A stretch of DNA of 64,000 nt from Candidatus Thalassarchaeum sp. (GTDB taxonomy: Archaea; Thermoplasmatota; Poseidoniia; Poseidoniales; Thalassarchaeaceae): the NCBI GenBank assembly GCA_016777225.1, contig JADHRW010000001.1, forward strand, positions 170,981 to 234,980. The letters are read 5' to 3'. Positions 40,530 through 49,474 of this stretch are shown here, in pieces. The position numbers and the translations under genes were made by a program. The notes under the pieces were generated by a model. That model was not told where the DNA came from. It made no database searches and saw nothing but the letters and a program-made list of their open reading frames with translations. Numbering within the stretch: the first letter of the stretch is position 1; every line of letters begins with the position of its first letter.

Positions 40530-41186
40530 TCATTCAAGATATTTGTAAATATAGGTTGCAGAAATAGCACCTAAAGTCTGTGGTCCAATATGGAGTAATA
40601 TTATTTCTGTAAGTTTTAACTTACCGACTGCAACTAATGATATTGAGACTGCAGGATTAAATGACGCCATTGAGACCACTCCTACAGTAAGAGAACCGGC
40701 AAATACAACAGATGCTATTGCAAAACCAAAGTAGTGATTTCCAGCTGTTTTATCAGAAATAGCCACATTTAAAATCACAAACACTAAAGCAAAAGTAAAC
40801 AGAAATTCTGCTAATATTATAGAAACGACGTCATGATTAGACATCAATGACATAGACTCAAGTGGAATTTGGTACTCTTCTGTATAGATATATATCGAAG
40901 TAAAAGCGCCGGTTATTCCGGCAATAATTTGAACAACAGAATATGGAATGATTTCAGATCTCTCAGTAGCACCTCTAATCCAGAGGCTAAGCGTCACTAC
41001 TGGATTGAAATGTGCACCTGATACATGGCGAAGTGCGTATATCATGACCATTAAAGTTCCAGCAACGGGAAATGCAGGATGAACTCCTTGCGAAGCCCCA
41101 AATACTGCTGTTAAACAAATAGATAATACCATGAAAAAAGTACCAATGAATTCAGCAGTTAATTTTTGCTTCAACGTATATGGCAT
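40530..41186 (-). CDS. Aquaporin / MIP-family channel
   Basis: 218-aa ORF with two NPA-type motifs (SGAHFNPVVT and SFNPAVS) and 6 TM helices. Confidence 0.8.
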   Translation of the reverse strand: MPYTLKQKLTAEFIGTFFMVLSICLTAVFGASQGVHPAFPVAGTLMVMIYALRHVSGAHFNPVVTLSLWIRGATERSEIIPYSVVQIIAGITGAFTSIYIYTEEYQIPLESMSLMSNHDVVSIILAEFLFTFALVFVILNVAISDKTAGNHYFGFAIASVVFAGSLTVGVVSMASFNPAVSISLVAVGKLKLTEIILLHIGPQTLGAISATYIYKYLE

Positions 41187-41228
41187 ATTCTTAGTTAGAC
41201 AACGGAATGTTCATTAATGTTATTCTAA

Positions 41229-41795
41229 TCATTCTTCATCAAAGAAGTTGTATGGCCTTTCAGGAGGTGGCGGAAGACGTAAATATTCAGCTGGTTTGGG
41301 ATTACTTAGTTCTATATCAGAAAAATCATGTAGAGTCTTCTGATGATTATCATCCCCACATAGAATTTTATCCTGAGAAAGTATCCATGCTAAGGTACGA
41401 TCATCCAGTTCAGATACTCTAATCCACAATTGATTAGGCATTGATTCAGACCATGGGAATATACCCAATTCAAAGGTATCAAAACCATCAATGACAGAAA
41501 AAACTCCTCTTAGAGCAGCGGGGGGGCTATTATAGCCAGATTTAGGTTTTACAGAAATAATATGCTCGAATTTGAACCAACCTCGTTGTTGTTTTTTCTT
41601 TGATGAAATTTCTATAAAAAACCCTGTTTCTAAAGCGATATTTTGCATCTTATTACGCCTTAATAAATTGACTAAACCTGTGGGTATACGACATTTTGGC
41701 ATTAACTTGACTTCTTCAAAAGTCCTACCAAATACAAATAATGCATCTTCTAATCCGTTGTTCTTTGTATATCCTCCAGATCGAACTAAAGTCAA
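41229..41795 (-). CDS. Hypothetical protein
   Basis: 188-aa ORF with a basic central region and a proline-rich C-terminus (LRLPPPPERPYNFFDEE). No family recognised. Confidence 0.35.
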   Translation of the reverse strand: MTLVRSGGYTKNNGLEDALFVFGRTFEEVKLMPKCRIPTGLVNLLRRNKMQNIALETGFFIEISSKKKQQRGWFKFEHIISVKPKSGYNSPPAALRGVFSVIDGFDTFELGIFPWSESMPNQLWIRVSELDDRTLAWILSQDKILCGDDNHQKTLHDFSDIELSNPKPAEYLRLPPPPERPYNFFDEE

Positions 41796-41861
41796 GCTCC
41801 AGATATTTTTTCTTATTCTATTAACTATTAAATCACTTCCTTATTTATAATTTATATTCTA

Positions 41862-41880
41862 TCTAAATTAATAATTTAGA
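41862..41880. promoter_or_regulatory. 9-bp perfect inverted repeat TCTAAATTA-A-TAATTTAGA in the divergent promoter region between 41229..41795(-) and the SDR gene(+)
   Basis: Read from the sequence in a roughly 230-bp AT-rich intergenic region. In AT-rich DNA chance palindromes are more likely, hence the low confidence. Confidence 0.2.
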
Positions 41881-42032
41881 TGTTCGGAAGTTAGACTTTT
41901 ATCCAAAATAAGTAGATCACGCTGCCGGACTTTTATGGTTAAATAGAGGGTAAATAATATTTTCTAATACCTTCTCCTAATACTCTAGGTTAAACAGAAT
42001 ATTATATTAGTTCCATACGAGTATAGGTTGTT

Positions 42033-42800
42033 ATGGTAGGAGTGAGAGAACGTGCTTTGGTGACCGGTGCTTCTAGTGGCATAGGTATGGAGATAGCAAG
42101 AATCCTAGCATCACAGAATTGTGACTTACTAATATGTGCTAGAAGAAAAAAAGAACTAGAAGATTTATCTAAAGAATTAACTAAGAAATACAATATTAAT
42201 TGCGAAGTCATCGTAGCTGATTTAACAACCGATAAGGGAATCAATAATTTAATTAAAAAAACTAAAAACATAGATATTTTAATAAATAATGCTGGTTTTG
42301 GTATTTTAGGCAACCATAATGAAATGCCATTAGACAGACAATTAGAAATGATTAATCTGAATATTCATGCACTAACAAGATTATCACATGAATTTGGAAA
42401 TCAGATGATAGTAAAAGGCAAAGGAAAGATCATGAATGTTGCCTCTATTGCAGCATATATCTCCGGCCCGGGATTTGCTGTTTACTGTGCAACTAAAGCA
42501 TATGTTCTGTCTTATTCTAGAGCATTGCACAAAGAACTCTCGAAGAAAGGTGTTTCTGTAACTGCACTTTGCCCGGGTTATGTAATAACAGGCTTCCAAG
42601 AAGTTGCAGGAATGAAACTGAGTAAAATGGAGAAAATTTCTGCAGTACCCGCGAACAAAGTTGCTGAAATAGCAATTAAATCAATGCGAAAAGGGAAAAG
42701 AGAAGTCATGCCTGGAATAATCAATAAACCATTACCGTTGGTGACAAAAATTACTCCTATGTGGTTACAATTAATGATTGTCAATAAAGTTTTGAAGTAA
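42033..42800 (+). CDS. Short-chain dehydrogenase/reductase (SDR) family oxidoreductase
   Basis: 255-aa ORF with the cofactor-binding motif TGASSGIG, an NNAG motif and a YxxxK catalytic dyad (YCATK). Confidence 0.8.
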   Translation: MVGVRERALVTGASSGIGMEIARILASQNCDLLICARRKKELEDLSKELTKKYNINCEVIVADLTTDKGINNLIKKTKNIDILINNAGFGILGNHNEMPLDRQLEMINLNIHALTRLSHEFGNQMIVKGKGKIMNVASIAAYISGPGFAVYCATKAYVLSYSRALHKELSKKGVSVTALCPGYVITGFQEVAGMKLSKMEKISAVPANKVAEIAIKSMRKGKREVMPGIINKPLPLVTKITPMWLQLMIVNKVLK

Positions 42801-42801
42801 T

Positions 42802-43641
42802 TTATTTCTGACATTTAGGACAGTAAAAGGTTGAACGCCCTGATTGAACTATTCTTAGAATAATACCCTTACAAGATTCTGTAATACACTCTTCACCTTC
42901 ACGATTGAAGACCCTAAACTGTTGAGCAAAGTATCCTAAATCAGAATCTCCAGAAACTCCTCTAAAATCTGAAATTGTAGAACCCCCTACCATAATTGCT
43001 TCAGCAATAACTTGATTTGTATTTTCAAAGATTCTCTGAACTTTGACCCCTACTCTCTTACTCTTACCAGTAATTTCTGCTGCAGTCTTAATTGGAGAAA
43101 TTTTACAACGAAAAAGTATCTCACTGACGTATATATTACCAAGCCCCGAAACTACTCTTTGATCTAATAATGCACTCTTTATCGGGGAACGTTTACCTTG
43201 AAGATTTGAATTTAAAGTTTCGATAGTAAATTCTTCAGTAAGGGGTTCAGGACCAAGGCTGGCTAACCATTTCTGTTCAGATTCTTCAGAAGTAAGAAAT
43301 GTATCCATGAATCCAAATCTTCGATGGTCAGTGTATGCAGCAGTTTTAGCGCCATCATCAAATTCAAAATATACATGATCGTGTTTTCCTGAACCATCCG
43401 AACCCATGGTCCACACTCCTGTCATTCCAAGATGACTCATCCAAGTATACCCATTAGATAAGCGAAATAATAGATACTTAGAACGTCTATCAATTTTTTC
43501 AATTTTAACTCCAGTAAGTATTTTCTCGAAATCTGTAGGGAATGGAAAACGAAGATTTGGACGGCGTAAATCGACAAAACTAATTGTAGTTCCAACCAAA
43601 TGTGGAACAAGTCCTCGACGGACTGTTTCGACCTCTGGCAT
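42802..43641 (-). CDS. fpg: Formamidopyrimidine-DNA glycosylase / endonuclease VIII family (Fpg/Nei)
   Basis: The N-terminus is MPEVETVRRGL, with catalytic Pro2/Glu3. The C-terminus has the zinc finger CPKCQK. The start is set at the second Met of the longer ORF (MPEMPEVE), because Fpg requires an N-terminal Pro after Met removal. Confidence 0.8.
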   Translation of the reverse strand: MPEVETVRRGLVPHLVGTTISFVDLRRPNLRFPFPTDFEKILTGVKIEKIDRRSKYLLFRLSNGYTWMSHLGMTGVWTMGSDGSGKHDHVYFEFDDGAKTAAYTDHRRFGFMDTFLTSEESEQKWLASLGPEPLTEEFTIETLNSNLQGKRSPIKSALLDQRVVSGLGNIYVSEILFRCKISPIKTAAEITGKSKRVGVKVQRIFENTNQVIAEAIMVGGSTISDFRGVSGDSDLGYFAQQFRVFNREGEECITESCKGIILRIVQSGRSTFYCPKCQK

Positions 43642-43728
43642 TTCAGGCATAAGTCTACCATGGCTAGTAATTACATTATATTGACTGAGAAGATTTGTCC
43701 AATACAATATAGAATATTTAAAAAAGGA

Positions 43729-44136
43729 ATGATGAAACGATTAGTTATGACTAATGAAGATGAGATACCTTGGGCGAATGCAACTGAGGAAAAATCTGTC
43801 ATTCAAGGTCAAACTACTCCATTTATGGTTAATGCTAATTCACCCATGGGGCAGTATACTCAAACAAACGCTACTCTAGCAGTTGTTCTTTCGGCAATAG
43901 GAGCAGTCTTAATGATTGTTTCAGGACCAGGGATTTGTTGTGCTATTCCTGCAATTATTTTGGCAAATGGGGCGTTGGCAATCACTAATAGTCAACCAGG
44001 ACATCCTGATGCGAGTACTGCCAAAGCTGCACAAATAATAGGTTGGATTGTAATTGGTTTAACAATTGCAATTATACTATTTTTAGTATTAGTTATCGGC
44101 GGACTTGGTGGTTTAGGACTAGTTCTTGGCAATTAA
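43729..44136 (+). CDS. Small hypothetical membrane protein (Gly/Ala/Ile-rich, 3 TM)
   Basis: The ORF 43600..44136 is trimmed to the MMKRLV start at 43729 so that it does not overlap the fpg N-terminus. An upstream-start alternative cannot be excluded. Confidence 0.35.
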   Translation: MMKRLVMTNEDEIPWANATEEKSVIQGQTTPFMVNANSPMGQYTQTNATLAVVLSAIGAVLMIVSGPGICCAIPAIILANGALAITNSQPGHPDASTAKAAQIIGWIVIGLTIAIILFLVLVIGGLGGLGLVLGN

Positions 44137-44846
44137 TTACTGTCTTTTTGAATAACAAACACTCTGTGTTGACCTTCGAAATGAGATATATCAATATTTT
44201 CTAGTAGAGTTAACTTTTGATTAGAATTTAATAGATCTTTAGCAATCATAAATCTAGAATCATCGCCACCTTCTATCCATCTTTCGCTAGCAGCCTTAAG
44301 CGACAATATACCAATTCCTCCTACTTTAAGAAATATCTCAGAAATTTTAATGAAAGATTTTGTCTGATCAGCCACACTAATATCTTGATGAATCCAATCT
44401 GCCTTACCTCTTAGATAGGGAATGATATCTGAAGGATTTCTAGCATCGCCTAAAACTGGAATCAGGCCGGGCCTTGATTCAGATAATTTACTCAAATCCC
44501 TCATCATTCTTGGAGCAATTTCCACTGCTACAATTTGACCATTATGATGATTTCCTGAGCCACAAACATGATCATGAATATGACTAACTGTTGACCCTGA
44601 AGATGCTCCGAGATATAGACAAGTAGAACCCACCTCGGGAATCATTATACTTGTTTTTGATTTACTTTTCAGTAAACTTGCAGCAACTTTAGATTTAGTA
44701 GGATCCCATTGACGCCATTCGATTCGACTATCTTTTTTTCTTTTTTCGCCCCTAACCGATACTCCTTTCACTGCATTTCTAGTCCACAATGAGCGGCCTT
44801 CTCTACGAATACCCCATGCTAATTTCAGAGGTTTTCTACGGGCCAT
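44133..44846 (-). CDS. flpA: Fibrillarin-like rRNA/tRNA 2'-O-methyltransferase
   Basis: 237-aa ORF with the SAM-binding motif CLYLGASSGSTVSHIHD and an overall fibrillarin pattern. It sits in an operon with nop5. Confidence 0.85.
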   Translation of the reverse strand: MARRKPLKLAWGIRREGRSLWTRNAVKGVSVRGEKRKKDSRIEWRQWDPTKSKVAASLLKSKSKTSIMIPEVGSTCLYLGASSGSTVSHIHDHVCGSGNHHNGQIVAVEIAPRMMRDLSKLSESRPGLIPVLGDARNPSDIIPYLRGKADWIHQDISVADQTKSFIKISEIFLKVGGIGILSLKAASERWIEGGDDSRFMIAKDLLNSNQKLTLLENIDISHFEGQHRVFVIQKDSN

Positions 44847-44850
44847 AAAT

Positions 44851-45852
44851 TCACTTCCTCTTAGGAGGTTTTGGGAATCTATCTTTTATTGATTCTGCTT
44901 CTTTATGAATTTCCGACACATATGCTTTACTCCATGGTTCACCATTAAAGTGATCTACCCTTACTGCAATACTTGCTTTACCAGCTAAATATCTCGCAAC
45001 TTTACCACGTACCCAACGAGGGCTTCGACTCACTGCAGGCATAGAAAATAATATTGCTCCGTGCTTAGGAGGTGGAGCCCCTCTACGGTGTGCAGACATT
45101 GCAGCATTAGCACCTAAAACCTGTAAACTTCCAGATGGCATACGGGCGAGTCTTTCTCTACCTCCTGCTAAAACTACTAATTTCGCAGCACCTATTGGAC
45201 CGATTAATGTAGATAAACTAGGCAAGTAATCGTTAGCTAAGACTCTAATTGCGTCTTCATGTTTTGAAAGTCTCTCAGTAAGATCAACTACTGATTGTGC
45301 TTGAGATTTCAGGACACTCCATTCATCTACAGATGGTTGATGATGTGTTTCAGGTACTTCGAATCGGGCAGCAACCTCATTAATTGAGGAAGATGATGAA
45401 ACTATTCGAGGAATTTCTCTTCTTTGTTTGTCTAAATCAAGTTCTGATAGGAATAGACCTAACCATTCAATACATCGAGATTCAAGAGTGGTCCAAGATG
45501 CCCTAAGTTCATTATTAGCTCCAACCAGCATATCTAGACGTCTGTCGATATCTCCTGAGGAATCAGCAACACCACGCTTGGCTAAACGAGTAGAGGCTTC
45601 AGTGAATTTTTGAACTTCTTCTTCTGATAATTCAGGCCATTCAGAAAATGACAAAACCCCCAGAGAATCAGGTATGGCATCAGGGAACCTTTCTTTCAAA
45701 GATCTAGCTTCAGAAGTCATTCTACCTGATTGTAAATCAGAAAGGCGATTGACAAGTGCTTTTGTTGAAATTCTATTCCAATATAACTCATCAATTATCT
45801 CCCCCTCATCATCAATAACGCGGGCTAATTTCCAATCGTAGATGATACGCAC
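44851..45852 (-). CDS. nop5: Nop5 (Nop56/58-like) C/D box sRNP protein
   Basis: 333-aa ORF with a NOP domain (LIGPIGAAKLVVLAGG...SMPAVSRSPRWVRGKVARYLAGKASIAVRVDHF). It lies immediately upstream of fibrillarin. Confidence 0.85.
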   Translation of the reverse strand: MRIIYDWKLARVIDDEGEIIDELYWNRISTKALVNRLSDLQSGRMTSEARSLKERFPDAIPDSLGVLSFSEWPELSEEEVQKFTEASTRLAKRGVADSSGDIDRRLDMLVGANNELRASWTTLESRCIEWLGLFLSELDLDKQRREIPRIVSSSSSINEVAARFEVPETHHQPSVDEWSVLKSQAQSVVDLTERLSKHEDAIRVLANDYLPSLSTLIGPIGAAKLVVLAGGRERLARMPSGSLQVLGANAAMSAHRRGAPPPKHGAILFSMPAVSRSPRWVRGKVARYLAGKASIAVRVDHFNGEPWSKAYVSEIHKEAESIKDRFPKPPKRK

Positions 45853-45932
45853 GGGCTACTCGGTGTCGACTTCATGCTTGAATCTCACGATTCTAAGCGA
45901 AGGCGTCAAAACTAGTATCCCTTAGCCAACTT

Positions 45933-46307
45933 ATGGAAAGTAGACTCATGCTACTAGTTGGAATCGGAGGAGCAATAGGAGCTATGCTAAGGTATGCAGT
46001 ATCAGATATTATGCCATCAGATGGATTACCGTACGGTACTATGACAGTTAATTTACTTGGTTCGCTTATTCTTGGAATGATTTTTGGTGCTATAGCGGCG
46101 GATGCATTGATTAGTCAAGATAACCTCTTATTATTTGGTACAGGTTTACTAGGAGCATTTACTACAATGTCGGCTTTTGCAATGGAAACAATCAAATTAT
46201 CAGAAAATGAGATGTCTACTGCATTGGTTTATGTTAGTTTTACTATCATAGGTAGCATTGGTTTAGCTTGGTCTGGTTACAAAGTTGGTATAGGATTATT
46301 TTCTTAA
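45933..46307 (+). CDS. crcB: Fluoride ion channel CrcB/FluC
   Basis: 124-aa ORF with 4 TM helices and a CrcB N-terminal pattern (LLVGIGGAIGAMLRY). Confidence 0.8.
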   Translation: MESRLMLLVGIGGAIGAMLRYAVSDIMPSDGLPYGTMTVNLLGSLILGMIFGAIAADALISQDNLLLFGTGLLGAFTTMSAFAMETIKLSENEMSTALVYVSFTIIGSIGLAWSGYKVGIGLFS

Positions 46308-46405
46308 ATTAGATGATGTTTTCTGGTCTTTGATGAGTAATGTTCAATAACACTGTGATTTACCACTATTCGGTTGGTAGATAGAAATCAACTAGCGGTG
46401 AAGTT

Positions 46406-46780
46406 ATGTTTTGTCCTGAATGCGGTACTCTAGGTTTTATGGAAGGAAATGGAAATATTAGGTGTACAAATTATACATGTGGATATGAAGGTCCTCTAGC
46501 GGGTAAAGATGGAAAAGGTGCAGAGTTTACTGATCCTATGACTGGAGAGACAATCAATCTTGCAGAGGCGAGAACCTCTGTCGAAGTTAAGGAAAGAGAC
46601 GATAGAACTCGCGGAGAAGATAAGGCTAGAGGTATTTTGTATGAAGATAGTTATATTTGCCCTAAATGTGATTGCAAGAAGATACATGTTTGGATGCAAC
46701 AAACTAGGTCTTCAGATGAACCTGAAACAAAAATGTGTACATGTTCAGAATGCGGTCATAAGTTCAGAGAATACCAATAA
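46406..46780 (+). CDS. tfs: Transcription factor S (TFIIS-type zinc-ribbon transcript cleavage factor)
   Basis: 124-aa ORF with an N-terminal zinc ribbon (CPECGT...C.NYTC). The C-terminal TFIIS-type ribbon reads CPKCDCKKIHVWMQQTRSSDEPETKMCTCSECGHKF. It is longer than the typical roughly 110-aa TFS because of a central insert. Confidence 0.7.
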   Translation: MFCPECGTLGFMEGNGNIRCTNYTCGYEGPLAGKDGKGAEFTDPMTGETINLAEARTSVEVKERDDRTRGEDKARGILYEDSYICPKCDCKKIHVWMQQTRSSDEPETKMCTCSECGHKFREYQ

Positions 46781-46882
46781 AATGACCTTGAAATATTGAT
46801 TAATAATTATTTAATGACAAAATGGTCAAACAGAAGCATGAATAACCCACAGTCAAGGGTACGTTAAGAAAGGGGTGGCATA

Positions 46883-47632
46883 ATGTTGAGAGTCACAGCA
46901 AATACGCAATTAATGAAAGAAATAGTAGACTTACTTTCTGTGTTAACAGAAGATGCAAAATTAGTATGGAAAGAAAACGGACTTCACATCAATGTAGTAG
47001 ATGGTTCGCATGTAGCTCTACTATCTGCAAAAATAGGAGATGCTTGCTTCGAAACGTATGAAGTAGAACCAGTAGAAATTGGTATAGAATTACAAAAATT
47101 AAGAGATCTGTTAACTCTTGCAGGCCCTTCTGATTTAGTAGAATTAGATTATGATGAAGCAATAGGTGCAATAAATGTAAGAGTCGGAGCTGTACATAGA
47201 ATTCTAAGAGGATTAGATACAGGGTCTATGAATGAACCAAAAATGCCTCAATTGACTTTTGATAGTAAAGCAACTATTGATGCTGCTAAATTATCTAATG
47301 CGTTAAGAGCTGCTAAATTTGTAGGAGAATTAGTAGACCTAAGTTTAGATACAAATCAGATGAGTGTGTCAGTAACCGCTGAGGCAGGAGAATCTGTAAA
47401 TGTTAGATTCGACGCAGGAGAACTTAGCGAATTAGTTGCTCCTAATCCAACTCATTCAACCTATTCTTTGCAATTTCTTGATCCTTTGACAAGAAAACTT
47501 GCGAGCGGATTAACTGATGCAATTACTTTAGAATTTCAAGACAAATATCCTCTGCGTCTAACTTGGAACAGCAATAATGGAGAAGCTACTTGGGTATACT
47601 TCTTAGCTCCAAGAGTTACAAATGATCCTTGA
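46883..47632 (+). CDS. pcn: DNA polymerase sliding clamp PCNA
   Basis: 249-aa ORF of PCNA length with an N-terminal pattern (MLRVTANTQLMKEIVDLLSVLTEDAKLVWKENGLHINVVDGSHVALL). Confidence 0.85.
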   Translation: MLRVTANTQLMKEIVDLLSVLTEDAKLVWKENGLHINVVDGSHVALLSAKIGDACFETYEVEPVEIGIELQKLRDLLTLAGPSDLVELDYDEAIGAINVRVGAVHRILRGLDTGSMNEPKMPQLTFDSKATIDAAKLSNALRAAKFVGELVDLSLDTNQMSVSVTAEAGESVNVRFDAGELSELVAPNPTHSTYSLQFLDPLTRKLASGLTDAITLEFQDKYPLRLTWNSNNGEATWVYFLAPRVTNDP

Positions 47633-47676
47633 TTATTCATCGATGTTATTGAAAGCGTTGACGCTTACGCGTAGTC

Positions 47677-48765
47677 GTGAGTAATCCCTCTGTAACAGTA
47701 ATCATTCCTAGCGTTAGGAATCATGAGGAACTAGATATTGTAATCAAAGGATTGAGTAATCAAACCTATAATGGACCTTGTAAAATAGTCGTAGTTGGAC
47801 CTACAAATGACCCAGGGAAGGAAGTTTGTAAAGAAAATAATATCTCATTTATTGATGATGAAGGTTCTAGGACAAGAGCAGATGCATGCAATATTGCAAT
47901 TAATGCAACTGAATCAGAACTTATACTATTTACAGATGACGATGTAATTGTACCTAAAGATTGGATTGAGAAATTAGTATCATGGTTTTCTAGAGAAGAT
48001 GTTAGCGGAGTAGGTGGACCTAACTTCGCACCTATTGAAGAGTCTACAATGTGGCAACAAGTAATTGATGTAGCATTCTGTAGTACAATATTTACAGCTG
48101 GAACAAATTATGGTAAGGTTGGAAAAAAAGATCTTGATGAGGTTACTCAATTACCAGGAGTGAATTGTGCTTATAGACGGGCAGTTCTTGAAGAAATTGG
48201 AGGATTTGATGAGGGTGCAATAGGAGCAGAAGATGTTATGCTTGATCATAGAATTAGGATGACTGGAAAAAAATTATGGACTGATAGAACAGCAATTATG
48301 TGGCACAGAAGAAGAGACCTATCAAGAGTGAAAAAACAAATTAGGAATTATGGTCTTGTGAGGACCTTAGCAAGTCATCAATATCCAGAATTGAGGGCTC
48401 CCCCACATACAGTAGTAGCATTATTCCCTCCAATAGTTATAGCTGCATTCTCATTCTTTTTTTGGGGTTTAGCAAATGGAGGATTAGCATGGCCAGAATT
48501 CTGGGACATTAGTTTGTCAACAATACCAATGGGCCTTCCAAGACTTGGAGTACACACATTACCAACACTTATTTTACTATACAATATGATTGCATGGTAT
48601 GGTTCATGGAAAGGGAATTCACCAAGTAAAACAAAGAAAACAATCTTCCTATCGTCAATAGCGACTTATACATTACATTGGAACTATGGCATGGGAGTTT
48701 TAACTGGTTGGATGAGAATTCTAAGAGGTAATTCAGGATTACAAATAGATGATAGAGAGCGTTAA
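47677..48765 (+). CDS. Family 2 glycosyltransferase with C-terminal TM helices
   Basis: 362-aa ORF with a GT-A N-terminus (VTVIIPSVRNHEELDIVIKGLSNQTY), a DDD motif (LFTDDDVIVP) and a C-terminal hydrophobic region. Confidence 0.7.
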   Translation: MSNPSVTVIIPSVRNHEELDIVIKGLSNQTYNGPCKIVVVGPTNDPGKEVCKENNISFIDDEGSRTRADACNIAINATESELILFTDDDVIVPKDWIEKLVSWFSREDVSGVGGPNFAPIEESTMWQQVIDVAFCSTIFTAGTNYGKVGKKDLDEVTQLPGVNCAYRRAVLEEIGGFDEGAIGAEDVMLDHRIRMTGKKLWTDRTAIMWHRRRDLSRVKKQIRNYGLVRTLASHQYPELRAPPHTVVALFPPIVIAAFSFFFWGLANGGLAWPEFWDISLSTIPMGLPRLGVHTLPTLILLYNMIAWYGSWKGNSPSKTKKTIFLSSIATYTLHWNYGMGVLTGWMRILRGNSGLQIDDRER

Positions 48766-49472
48766 ACAGGTTTCATCTTTCCACAATTATTTCCAACACG
48801 CCAAGATGTTGTTTTTGGTCGCCAAAAAATAACTGTGAATACTCCGATAAAAATCCCACCGAAAACAAGATTCAGCCATCCTTCTAATATATACCCGTCA
48901 CTAGCATTGAAATAAGCCCATAAAAATGAGGGGATTATTCCAAAAATTAGTGCTATAGAAGATTCTTCGAAGAGTAACCTAGACTTATCCGAAGAATCTG
49001 GTAATCGAGGAGAATCTGTACTAAAAATATGATTTTCAGGCCTCTTAACCAATCGAACATATTCCGAACTCTGACCCTTTTTTGTTTGACAAGGAGACGG
49101 GATGCCTGAATCCCAAGTCCGAGATGATTTCATCAACCAACCGTCTTCTAAAAATGGACGACCATCACAGAATTTTGACCAATAAGAACCTCTGATTCTA
49201 TCGCTTAATTCTTCTATCTCATCATTACCTGAAATTAGATTATTTTGAAAAGAAAGTTCCCATTCGGATTCTGAAGCAATATTATAATCATTAGAAGACA
49301 AAAATTTAGATGCATCTTCTCTAATAATGGGTAAGAAAGATATTGCAAATTCATAATCAATCTTCACTTCATGTCTTGGACCAATTCCTCCGAAAAGAAT
49401 TGAACGATTATCGGATCCAATGAATACTTTACCTGGATTTACATTAATCCATTGGATATCCAAAATCATCAC
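48762..49472 (-). CDS. Hypothetical protein with C-terminal TM segments
   Basis: 236-aa ORF whose stop overlaps the GT2 stop region and whose start lies 3 nt from the ABC exporter stop. No family recognised. Confidence 0.35.
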   Translation of the reverse strand: MMILDIQWINVNPGKVFIGSDNRSILFGGIGPRHEVKIDYEFAISFLPIIREDASKFLSSNDYNIASESEWELSFQNNLISGNDEIEELSDRIRGSYWSKFCDGRPFLEDGWLMKSSRTWDSGIPSPCQTKKGQSSEYVRLVKRPENHIFSTDSPRLPDSSDKSRLLFEESSIALIFGIIPSFLWAYFNASDGYILEGWLNLVFGGIFIGVFTVIFWRPKTTSWRVGNNCGKMKPV

Positions 49473-49474
49473 TC

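Noticed and set aside
45853-45932. Possible fluoride riboswitch (crcB motif) upstream of crcB
   Set aside because: The 80-nt leader lacks the conserved fluoride-riboswitch core elements that I can recognise by eye. The start of crcB is also only about 80 nt from the upstream divergent gene.
46308-46405. Candidate C/D box sRNA between crcB and tfs (two UGAUGA-like boxes)
   Set aside because: No CUGA D/D' boxes at appropriate spacing, and no terminal stem.
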